A DNA stretch of 63,770 nt, the filler included, from Basidioascus undulatus (taxonomy: Eukaryota), in NCBI GenBank assembly GCA_000826855.1. It is 14 parts of 14 records of this genome, joined end to end, with 100 filler letters (N's around TTAATTAATTAA, not from the genome) between each part and the next. Parts side by side here need not be neighbours in the genome. Positions count along the whole stretch, not along the records: positions 12,351 to 36,159 come from JTLS01000257.1; 13 more parts are not named here. One strand, written 5' to 3'. Position numbers and translations under genes: made by a program. Below, one piece after another: positions 12,759-24,193 of this stretch (its first letter is position 1; each line of letters starts with the position of its first letter). The notes beneath the pieces were generated by a model that saw only the letters and a list, made by a program, of their open reading frames with translations, was not told the DNA's origin and did no database searches.

Positions 12759-15459
12759 TCTATTCCGCACAGATACGCGAATGGAAGAGTCAGATCCAAT
12801 GTAACAGCCAACGACGGGGTTTTGAACATGACGTTGTAAAGCAAGGAGGCGCACGGAGGTTTGGGACTGGAACTGGCGCTGCTGGACAGCGTAGGGGCGG
12901 GTGATCGGCCATCGCTGCCCTCCTGCGCATGCTCCCTTCCATTCATCCGCGACCTCGGCTGCGAATCCTCCGCCCCGCGCCGAGCCTTATCCTTGTCCTT
13001 GTCTTTGTCGCGCCCGTACCACTTGCTCTTTCCTGCAGCGGGCCCCTGTACGCGTCAGCCACGCGTCTGACCCCCTCTCGCGCCATGGGAAGGACGCACG
13101 CGGAGCCGGTCGCGCCTCGCTTGTGGATGCGGCGGCGGATGACGAGGGATTGTTGTTGCGCTGCGAGAAGAACAGCATATCTGTGCGGTCCCTCGTGCGC
13201 TGAGGGGAATATTGAGAGAGACTGATGAGGAAAGGAGACGATGGGCGGTACTGTGAGGGTCGAGCGGCAAGCTGGGACCTCGCGCGATTTCGCGCGAAGC
13301 TCGAAATGTGCACGCCGCGCGCATCCACGGCGATCTCAAGGGTGGAGGTGACATAAAAGATTGACATATCAAGGCTATCAATCGGCAATTCATATTAATA
13401 TGCGAGTCTCAGTGAGGAGAGGCTGGTTGAAGGGCTTGTGCGCGACGAGGCATCCCACGTTGTTTGGCGCCCGACTCTTGCCCCCCTTCGGGAGAGCCGC
13501 CGGCACGGCCTGGAAAGCATGTGAATGCGAAGGCCGCACGAATACACAGTGAGCTCAATAGCCGCCAATTCAACAGTACACCCTCATTGCGTAGTTTCAT
13601 CAATAACAGATCTGATCAATAACAGATGTGGTTAGAGAGTGTCGCATAGCGGTGTATCCTTCAATCCTTCATCTCGACTTGATCCTTATGACACACATAC
13701 CTGGTTCTCCTAGCCCACCGGTAATACAAATCTGTTCGCGCATCAGCACCAAGTCTCCTTGACGATTTTTTTTTTCTTTTATGTATTGAGACTCCCTGCA
13801 GTACTCACATCGTCCAGGGAGCTAGTAAGGAATTTGGGTTAGACTACGACGGCTGCTTATTCAGGGCATGTTGGTAGTTCTTCCCGGCAGCTCCCAGGAT
13901 CCCGCTCAGAGGTAATCTTGCTGAAATAATGTACTGGTGTTTCGGAAATTCTTGCATTATTGCTTCATAGTTACAGTCTGGATGGATGTAAGGCGTCGTC
14001 ATGTCGCAACGCAAAAGTGAACCGGGCAATCAAAGGGAGTGTCAGCTCCTCATAATGGACACTTCGGTGGTGAAACCTGCTTTACGTGCTGCTCTAAAAA
14101 ATCGTAGTATGTTCTATAAAGCCATATTTGTCTTTCTAGGCCGCTGGGGACAACGTGCCACCCGTGGGATCTCCTTGAGACCCGGTCAACATAAACTGAC
14201 ACTTGGAATAAGCATGAGAGGTTGTTATTTCACTTTGAGTTATTTATAGGGTCAGATCTGGTCACACAGGAATCTGTCGACAACAGCAGGAAACAGATGC
14301 CGACTCCGTCTACTGGATTGCGATGTTCAGCGCGCCGTTCAGCATGAAATTGGGTCTGGCAGTCAGGTTGTTTTTTGATTGCAGATTCGTTCTCATGGTA
14401 TGGACAGGGAATTGGAAGATCTTCAAATTTCCATTTAACAAGCTTTGAAATTGTCCCGCTGTGGCTGTATCTTGAAGCCTTCGAGTTGTCACCCTTGCCA
14501 ACGCTTCAGGAGTGTCTGGGCAGGGTGATATGGGCGGTGTCTGATACCTACGGAAGGATTTACCTGACACGGAAGGTTTATGGACAAACCGCACTGCTCT
14601 GAGGAGCAGCCAGTTCTGAAGGGAGCGGACCGGAAGAAGACTCGGTGGGGAGGTCGCAGCACTCGTTTCATGTCGGACACTACCAATTGCGCTTTTTTCC
14701 CCTCAACTCACAAGAATTCTTGTCATCCTGAACCCGCTTGCGATGACAATGTCAACGCAGGTGGTATCTTATCAATTCGTTTTGCATGTAAGGGGTACTT
14801 CCGAACGACAGTGCGCTCATTCAACACGAGGGCGCGAGGGCGGCGCAAGGGCGACCTCGGATCCCACCCTTTTAAGCTCACAACGCTCTTAGCCTGTATA
14901 ATAATTAGATAAGGGACATCCTATACGTTTTTGTTGTATGGATCAGCACATCTCATACTTGCTCCGACAGGCAACCGCGTGAGCAAGTTGCTTTAAGGGG
15001 AAGAGGAAGACCACTCTCCTCGATCTCCGAACTTACTATCAGTGACTCTTCTCAAGGTCTACTTCTGCAATTGTTGTTGTTTTTACATTCTGAAATATGT
15101 TGAACATACTGCAGCCACTTTTGGTATGCGATTCCCTGCTAATTGAGACTGGGACGGGCACGGAAGCTGGGAAGCTGGAGGAGTGTGGTCAAATTTCAAG
15201 TCCCTCGTGGATCTCTTACATCCAATAAAGCCTTTCACTGGGGCATCCGGGATGGCGAGGTTTCCAGCACCTTTGATACCTTTGATGGCAAGCGTCCCCG
15301 CCGCGCCGAGCAAGCCGCGGGCCGGCTGCTCGACTCAATCGCCACCGAGCTCCTGCCGCTCCTTCTCCAGCAACCATCACCTTCTCATCGACAATACAAC
15401 TCTCTCGCCTCTCAATCTTCACGTCGCACTACTAACTCAGACCTCTCTCACGGCCAACG

Positions 15460-16858
15460 ATGTCTTGCACGCCGGAGGTTCCCCTCGAGATCATGTCGTA
15501 TCTCTCGGTCGCTGATCAGCTTGCCACCGTCACGGTCTGCAAAGCGCTCAACCCCAACACAGCTGCTCTCTAGCTCATGTCCACTTCGATCGTCCTGACC
15601 CGCTGAGCACAGGCATGTGTGTCAATGCTTTCGCGCAGTCGCTCCTACAGCGCCCGTCGCTCGGTGCTCTCGTGCAGAGCCTCACCCTCAGCCTCTACTT
15701 CACCGAATCCAGCCGTCTTTACTGCCGCGCAACGATGGCTGTGCTAGAAAGGACAGCCCTTGTTTGTACCCTCATGATCTTATTCTGTGAATCTGGTCCG
15801 GACGAGATGTCCCGTGTTACCCTGGCTTTCCTGCGCGGTGTGCTTCAGCTCGCCTAGAGACGTGGCTCCCGATGATCCCCAACTCTTATCTATCCAGACG
15901 GACGAATTTCATCTTCAAACTCTTTCGGCTTTGGGGCTGCTGCCGTCGCTGGCCCGCTGTCGACATTCACCCACAGTGTGATAGCTTCTTCCACACATTT
16001 GAGACAACTTGCACTCGGACACAGAGTGGCGTATTTTGAGACCCCTCGCTATCAACTTCCATAAATATCGAGAGCCTGGAGACGCTTTCGCCGCAGCTCC
16101 GTCATCTCCGGTTAGAAGCCTTGCGGTGCAACGCAGAGCTTCTATCATCGCTCATTGATGATGACTCGGGCCCGGTTATCAAGGCTGTGCCTGACGCTCT
16201 GCAATACCTGGAATGCTTCGCAGGTATCTAGAGAACTGATTCAGCGTTCTCTCCTCAATGCACTCGTGCTCCTCCCTTCGACCTATTGTAGCCTGGGAGC
16301 CGAACCTTTCTTTTCGGGAGGACAGGCTCATCGCCCCCCACGTCACCCGCTTGGTATCAATGTCCCCACCGACACTGCGCGATCTCGGCTTCATTTAGGG
16401 CCACAAAGCAAGCTTCTAGAGGGACTCTTGAATGAACTGGCCCTTTGTTGGCCCTTTGTCTTGCTTCCATAGAGGTCTGATCCTCACCGGCGCACCCTGG
16501 GCGGCGAGACTCAAGACTTTTCCGTACGTTCCGTTCTGCTTGGGCGTTCTGCATTCTCAGACTTATTCACGCTGCTGTCGAGCGCTATTCTCGCTTGATA
16601 CTTGTGATGTAGCTGGCTGCTAGGGCATTGTCACCCCTCCTTCGCCTTTACCATCTCTACCTGCAATTTGCGATGCCTCACAACCAGCCTGCAACTTTGC
16701 AGCCAATCGACACGTACGTTCAGCTTTTCGCTGGTAACCTACCGGAACTGTTTTGCTTCCACTTCAATCCGTACATGCGTTATGTCGAGATCGAGCGGGA
16801 CGAGGATGAGTTGTATTCAGGCTATTCCGAGAGCTCTTTGCGCGATTTTGGGTTGTAG
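15460..16858 (+). pseudogene. Degenerate F-box / LRR-like gene
   Basis: PEVPLEIMSYLSVADQLATVTVCKAL (F-box-like), then CTC-TA-GCT-CAT-GTC-CAC, a 1-nt deletion of LYAHVH giving TAG at 15571-15573; resumes AFAQSLLQRPSLGALVQSL and breaks into short ORFs with further stops. Confidence 0.55.
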
Positions 16859-16968
16859 GGCTGTGGGTCAATACATTGCTGTTTGCCTTGATCATGAATA
16901 GGACTCGAAACGCATTGGCCAATGGATATAGCCACATCTAGACAAGAACAGCTGCAAAGTTATGTCGC

Positions 16969-18008
16969 TCAGTTCCCGATGGTGTTGTTTCCGCTCGTCT
17001 CCAAGCCGTTGATCTTCTCCTCAAACAGCTTCAGAGCGTTCTCCCGGAAGACGAGATCCTGCTGCTCCTTGTTGAGCAGGCCGGAGCTGATGATGGGGAC
17101 CTTGAATCCGAGGTTTGGAGCCTGCGGGACGAAGGGGGAGTCCGGCCCGTAGAGGATATGGGACCAGGGCACGCCGAAGGCGAGGAGACCCTTGAATACA
17201 AAACAAGTGAGCTGACACTCTTTGCGATGACTACAAGACTCTTACCGTCGATTAGACTGAAGGTAGACACCTGCGGCGCCGAGGGTGTCGAGCGCACTGT
17301 TGGATCGTGATGAAGGTCAATTGAGTCCGTCCAGTGCAGTTCCTCCGAAATGACTGTACTTACTAGTCAACCTCAACGAGCGATTTCCTCGACCCACGGC
17401 AAAGGGATGGTTGAACTAAAAATTGTAAGAGTTATTAGGGACTGGGCCCGAAACTGTAACCCCTTGACGTACCTGGAAGCGGGAGGGGTACTGCTTCACC
17501 AACGCAGCGGCCTCCTCGTTGATCCGCGCGCGTTAGCAACGGTGGAGTTCCGATCTCCGAAAACGATGTTCGCCCTGTAAGCAACTTGATTTCTTCCGGC
17601 AGTGAGCCGCAAAATACAAACGTAAAGGAGTAGATACGCTCAGAACGGAGCTGCAGGACCGCGTTCAGCCACGCTCACCGCTGTGACGAACAAAGAGCTT
17701 CACTTACAAGTCGAGACCCGCGGCATTCATCCAAGCCAGCTGTTGAGTAATGTTCCAACAAGGATTGGGGTTGTCGCCTGACAACCGCCTCCGTCAGATG
17801 TGCGCATGGCAAGCTTTCCAGCTACTCTGAACCTACCCTGAAGCAGGACGACAGCCTGAAGCTCATGATGTCAGCCTTGCATCTGTGGAATTCAGTGGCA
17901 GTGGGTGTCGATGGATTGGTTGGTGGCCGCCTCATTCCGAGGCACGACGCTGCCGGAGACAGACGAAGCCCCCAGTGCGAAGGCCGAAACTACCAGAGAA
18001 GAGATCAT
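16969..18008 (-). pseudogene. Amidohydrolase_2 (ACMSD/aromatic decarboxylase-like) pseudogene with signal peptide
   Basis: MISSLVVSAFALGASSVSGS signal; IDTHCH then in-frame TGA (17894-17892); exons WNITQQLAWMNAAGLD, SVLSVSTP, INEEAAALVKQYPSRF, IPLPWVEE, ALDTLGAAGVYL; C-terminus ILYGPDSPF..RENALKLF; frameshifts present and the central part of the barrel is missing. Confidence 0.75.
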
Positions 18009-18841
18009 CTAGGGTATAGAGGTCCCAGACAAATGTGGAAGCTCTAGCAGGCAAAGGATCAAAGCGGGCAAAGGACGTCTCCGGAGAAGGATGAGGAAGT
18101 ACCTGATCGTGTGCGTGCTCGCGATCGGCGGGAGTGCTCGATACTCTGCATGTAGCGGCACCGGATGCAATATATATTCGGAATAAATTGGTTGCATGTG
18201 AAAACTTCAGGAACCCGGTGTCGGTGTTGCATACAGTGTGCCAAGCTTGGGTTCCCGGTCGCCGTCGTCCCGTCGAAAGAAGTCGAACCAGGTCGCTGTT
18301 TCTGCTCGCCCGAGCCCAGGAAGCCTCACAACCTACCCTTTTTGAACCTTTTGCCTGGACAGGCTCCGTGCGGGGAGGCGTGAGCGCTGGGCACTGCCCG
18401 AACCGGTCAACATACAGTCAGTCCATTATTGCGGTCCACGGCCTCAGCTTGCTGATGAAACAAGGAAATATGGTTTACAAACCACTAGGAGCTACCTTCA
18501 TGTAGCCAAAAAAAAGTCACAAGACTTGCAACTTACAAACATAGAAGCCATAGAATCCGTACTTCCAGCTTCCAGAGTCAGATTCAGAGCGTTACCAGTG
18601 GACATCGGCCGTCACGGACAAGGGCGTAGCATGCTGTGTGCTAAGGATATGAATCTCCGGTATGTCCCTGACACTCTATTGCGCGACAGGCGGCACATCC
18701 GAGTCGGACGTCGCAAGCAACCGCAGGTGCATCTGCATTCTGTATCAAAGTGTCCTTTAAAATTGAGCGCAGCATCCTTCTTCTTCCTGTATATCACTAT
18801 TGACTTCAGCTGTGGTCCAAAACCCCGACAACTGACTCACA

Positions 18842-20661
18842 ATGAGCGATCATCAGGGCACGTACCCCGTCTACAATTCACCGCACGAGTTGCGGGTCCA
18901 AGGACGTGAGTTGGGTGGTTTGACCAGCTATTCTCATTCTGGGATATACTTGGCTTTGAAAACAACAGGAATACCAGGTAACTTCGTGTTGATCCTGACT
19001 GGAGTGACGCTCTTGGAGGTCTTGAACAACCTGAAGTATGTAGGGTCCACAAAGTGGGTGATGGCGGATTCGCACTGAGGACGTCTTTCCGAAGCGTGGA
19101 AAGGGCGATAGCCACGGGACAACGCAAGTTTCGTGTATCAATGGTACTCTATGTCGTTGCTCGTATGTCAATGTTGGCGCATCTTCTGGCATTGTAAGTC
19201 GATGTTTCCATACGTGTCGCCTGGTACTCAAAGTTGCGGAACGCAGCTCGATCGATCTCAATGCAGCCGAAGAAGTAAACTGCACGTCACTCATCTTCAT
19301 CATGAAGGTAAGGCGAGGTATTGTACAGTATCTCTGGATGCAGAACGACTGATCTTGTCTTATCAGCTCTTCGACTTGCTGGGCACATGTACCGCGACGT
19401 CCATCCTCGCTCTGCGCGTTGTGGCTGTGTGGGTGCGTTGTCTTACCTGGTCTAGGAAGCTCAGCCGTCACTAATGGTTGCTTGGAGACACGCAGGAGAA
19501 GAACAAGTGAGCTACCACCGGTTTGGCGGCAATCCTCTGCGGACAAGTTGCGATGTGGTGCCGGAGTGAGCATTTCTGTTGCAGATGTTAGCTTGGTCTG
19601 GTGCATTCACACTCACTCGAGCTCGCCTCCAGCGATGCCCTACTCGACGTCCACCTGGAACGGACAACTCAATGTGTGCGTCGTTCTGTCTACTGCTCCG
19701 CAGTCTGGTTCGCCGTTCAATGCCCTTCATCCAACGTCTGTAGCCGCTGACGACACGCTCGTAGTCATAGCTGGTCTCTTTCTTTACACCATGTGCACCG
19801 ACCTCCTCATTCTTAGTATCTTATTGCTCCGACTCTACCGCTTGCCTTCAGGACAAGCTGTTAATTGCATCCGGCGCCTCTTGTCAAAGCACGGCGTCAC
19901 CTACTTTGTGCGTACACGAGAACTTCGAGGTGTACCTCGATGTTCAAACTACACTCTTCCCCAGCTTTTGGCCTTCGTGGCAAACGGGGTGGAGACTGTC
20001 CTGATTTTTTGCAACTTGTCTCCCGTATTGAACCTCATTTGTTTGGTGGGTTGACTCCTGCTCGACCTAATCGCATGCAATAATAACTGACAACCACTCC
20101 GTAGCCCATCGCCCTCACGATCAGTTCAATTACCTAAGTACAAGTACTCACCGAAGACCAGGTGCTGACTGCGTTTTCACAGTGTTATTGTTGCCTGTCG
20201 CCTGTATGGTGGCTTGACCGACTTCTTCCACCCCGACCTCTCCGCAAGCGGCCCCTCGCGCAGTGCATTTGCTGGGTAGGATGGAGTTATCTTGCTAGCT
20301 CACATTTGTGGTGGGGGAAGGAGCTGACTAGCGCGCTCACAGTCCCCACGGATCGCGCAGTCGCAGCCATCATGGGCCGGTGTTCACAGCGGGATTCATG
20401 TTAAGCAGGAGTCCTATGTGCTTCACGAACAGGGCCCGTATCCCGTTACTCTCGGATCAGGAGACGTGGACGCGAAGGACACCACCGTTGACGATGGGTC
20501 GACCGATGTTGACCCTTCAATCGCAGCCCGCTCCTCCAGAAGCATATGCCGCCACGACGCTGTATAGACGCCCCACGTTCTTTTCCTCTATCTCTTGGGT
20601 GTATGGATCTCTTGCTGGCTTTGTAATACCAATATCAAGTACTGTCAGAAGCTTCTCGTGA
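18842..20661 (+). CDS. Multi-pass membrane protein, DUF6533-like fungal family (integrity uncertain)
   Basis: Hydrophobic exons LILTGVTLLEVLNNLK, ATGQRKFRVSMVLYVVARMS, SILALRVVAVW, RRLLSKHGVTYF/LLAFVAN..LSPVLNLI, VIVACRLYGGL separated by GT-AG introns; one junction near 20125 does not phase cleanly. Confidence 0.5.
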
Positions 20662-20932
20662 GAATCTGGGATATGTCTGCGGAACCGCACCACACACGTG
20701 TTCTTGCATCTTCTTGACTTTCAACACATTTCTAGCTCTCAGTATCTCCCCGGCCCATCCCTCTCCTTGAAACACTATCATCGAAGGAGTATACTGTCTA
20801 CAGGTCGAAAAACGCGAGAAAGCTGCAGCCAACTGCAATTACGTTCTGCAAATGACGTCAGCTTCCGCTGGGCGTCCAAACGATGAAGTCTTCCCATCAG
20901 CCCTCACCTTAACCAACACCAACTACACCAAC

Positions 20933-22311
20933 ATGTCGCACATCGAGTGCGCAACACTGACCACTGTCGCACGCTAACGTTCGGAACTCACTGTGCTCAT
21001 TGCTCGCCAGGGGATTCGAACAAATTCGCCTTCAGCTCGAGGCAGAGTCCGAGCTCCGCGAGGTCTGCCGGCCTTACTTACCAGCTCAATGTCGACAACG
21101 GGCTCATCCACTCTCTCGATCCTCTTTCGATTTGTTCAGAAAATCCGGGACGCAACGAAGGAGCTCGATACAGCAGTGCGCCAGATCACGTCCCTCCTCA
21201 ATCGTGTCCATAGCACGCCGTCTTCCGAACGTTCGTGGCCCTCGAAACCCATCTTCTCCCCGCACGCTGATTTTGAGTACCGCACCTGAAATTTAGTGCC
21301 CCACCTCATATCCAACGCTTCTTCTCACTTTCCCGAGATTCAGCCCCGCCTGGAGGCGATCGCCGAGCTCGTCCCACCGAAGGAGTACCACAAGTGGGAG
21401 GGCCTTTGGAGCCGGAGCATGCAGACGCTCGTGTTCGCCGCGGGGCTGATCAAGTTCTTGGAGAAGCAAGAGCTCGTTGCGATGGATGAGGTGTCCAAAC
21501 TGATAGGGAGTGCGTTTACGGAGATGATCTCAATCGTGCAGAATACGCGTGGCTGACGAGATGGCGGGAGGATAGTAAAGCCGGAGTGGAGCGACCGCCT
21601 TGCCCTGTATCCTGAGGAGGTGCCGTACTTTGCCCCAGTCACGATGACTTGCGCTCACAAAGTAGCGCTCAGTTTCTGCATGGCGTGATCAGCGTGGTGA
21701 ACGAGCTGGTCCGTGTCCCACTTCCATGACCCACCTCACCTTCAAGGCCCACATTTACGTTCCTTCTTTTGTACAGTCCCGCCTAGCCGTTAAGTACGCT
21801 CCACACTTACCCTCTCTGCCCTGCCGCGGCGCCTTCGGATAGGCCGGTGCTGACACCTCTGCCCCACCGGTCCACAGCTCTGTCACGCTCGGCGATTTCG
21901 AGCGCCCTTTGCAGATCTCCTCGTTCGTGAAGGACGTGTTCGGCGGCTTCCAGCTCGTACGCGATTCGCGCCTGCTTTTCCTCTTAGGTTGTTTACCTCA
22001 AATTTATCCTCTGCGATCAGCTGAACCTCAAGAACGACTCGTTGAGGCGGCGATTTGACTCGCTCAAGTATGATGTTAACAAGGTGAGCCGATACCATCA
22101 CGTGCACTTCAACGCCTTGGCACTGATATGGCGGCATGCGTAGATCGAGGGTGTCGTGTACGACATGTGCGTCTTTTCGAGCGTTACCTTGTTACGTAGC
22201 GCCAGTCAAGTCGTCACTGACACCCTGCCTTCCGCCCTCAGCTCCTTGAGAGGCCTCGTCAAGACGTCGGGCGCGATTGAAGCGGGCAAAGTGACGGAGG
22301 GGTCGAGCTGA
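20933..22311 (+). CDS. TSN: Translin (C3PO subunit), 11 exons
   Basis: Spliced LEAESELREKIRD..YHKWEGLWS..EEFLHGVISVVNELSRLAVNSVTLGDFERPLQISSFVKDVFGGFQLLNLKNDSLRRRFDSLKYDVNKIEGVVYDISLRGL; ten canonical introns. Confidence 0.93.
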
Positions 22312-22970
22312 GCGGGATTGAGAAAGCTGTATTGCATTCCGCAGGAACAATGTGTGGGTTCCGACTGCAGTGCTTCAGGGATAGCCGGACAATATCGACA
22401 GGCTCAGGCTCGTTTGTTCAATGTCCAGCTGCCGCCGACGAAAAAGCCCAGATCTGGGACGAATGCTACTGAAACTGTGAACGATCGATGAGAAGAACGC
22501 TGCGGTACCTGATTTCTGCATGGACACGGCGTCACCCTGTGCGTCGCAGGTTCAGGATCAATCATGAACAAGTTAATAGCCTCAGCTGCGCCGCGAATTG
22601 ACAGCTACAGAAACCCGGATCACCACCTTAAGGTAATAGGAAGCAAACCTCACCTCTGTGTGATCCTGTTCGTGTGGACTTCGTTTGAGGGATGGAACGG
22701 GGGTACCGGCTGAGCACAGGCGATGCAGTCAATAGAATCATCGGCCCGTGCTTGCACCCAAGCTTTGAGAAAAATAGAGTTAAGTAATGACTCGTATTAC
22801 TGTACTTTTCGTTTCGACCAGCTATCCCATCAACCAGGCATTCCAGAATCCGCATCCGAGGAATGATCGCTTTCAGTCTTACCTAGCTGAAGACACATAT
22901 CACCGGCCTCCATATGCTTTCAGAGAGGCCTATGGATGCGTCATACGCTAGTTATCTCCGCCAGCGAGTC

Positions 22971-23773
22971 TCAATGCCTCGCCCTGCGCAACAGCTCTCC
23001 GTCCAGCGGAACCTTGTCGCCCAGCCAGGTGGCCAGCTCGATGTGGTCCCTGTAGTCGTCGCCGGTATTCTGTTCGCAGATTTTGACGAGTCACTAAGCG
23101 GTACATTCAATGAAAATTAAGGAGCTTGGAACGCACTGGATGCACCAGAACCGGGAGGGGACCGCGGTTGACGACCAACCACGGCACAATGGCGCCGAAC
23201 TGCTCGGGGTTGAACAAGTTGATCTCGAACATGGGGATAGGGTGCGGTCCTGTGGGTGTTATACAAAAAAATGAGCTTAAAACATCGTCTCGGCAGAGAG
23301 ACGAGCAAGAAGCTGTGAGGACGCACCCACGGGGATGTCCCACAGGCGGTAGGCGCGCAGCTCGGGGAATTCCCTGCGAATGCGCTCGTACAGCGCCTTC
23401 ACGTAAGCTTTATGGCCAGCGTTGTTAGGGAAGTAGTAGACTGTTCTCAAAGGTTAGTAGAACGTCATCATGCGGGATAGAAGAACGAAACGCACTGTGG
23501 ATGTCAAACGCATTATTGCTGCCGTCGATGGGCTTCGGCCACTCCGTGTACGCTTCGCTGCGCCCTTCCCTAGGCGGGCTGGGGAACGAGATCTCCAAAC
23601 CTGATCAATCGTCTCTTGTCGCTATAGCCAGATCAACCCACGACTCGCTTGACAAACCCGTTCCCATCTGGGTTCTTTTCGTCCGAGAGCGGCGGGAGGT
23701 CAAGCCCTTTGTACGGCTCGAGGAGCTCGTCGGCGAGGCGGAAGAGGGTCTCGTTAGTATACTGCGTTGCCAT
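22971..23773 (-). CDS. DOPA 4,5-dioxygenase family protein
   Basis: Spliced FDIHIYY..LYERIRREFPELRAYRLWDIPVGPHPIPMFEINLFNPEQFGAIVPWLVVNRGPLPVLVHPNTGDDYRDHIELATWLG; family His motifs intact. Confidence 0.88.
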
Positions 23774-24193
23774 GCTGCTCCAGGAGAGACAAAGAGAAGA
23801 AGAGACAAAGAGGAAGAAAAAGCACTCGAGTTGACTCGACCGGTGGTGGGCAAGACGTGAGAGATGGCGAGCTCTGGGGAACGACGCGAAACGTGAAGCG
23901 ACTCTCGTTAGCATCGAGCAGCACCAAGCAGCAAGACCCGGCGACACTCTTCTCTTTTCACCTCTTCATCTGTAAAACCGCAAATCAGCATACTTACCGA
24001 CGCTTAACCTCCTATCGATCGCACTCGATTGTGCCGGAAGCAAAAAGCATTCTTGTGCCATCGATCGATCATTCCCGATCAATACAAACAACTACCACGC
24101 GTCCGTCTTCTGTTCGTCGCGTCGACGCTTTGCTGAGCCAGTCGTCCTTGACCAACGTACTGAAACAAATTGGCATCCATCAAAGGTCTCACG

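Noticed and set aside
17892..17894. In-frame TGA after the HxH motif as selenocysteine or recoding
   Set aside because: The same gene has frameshifts and a large deletion, so a nonsense mutation is the simpler explanation
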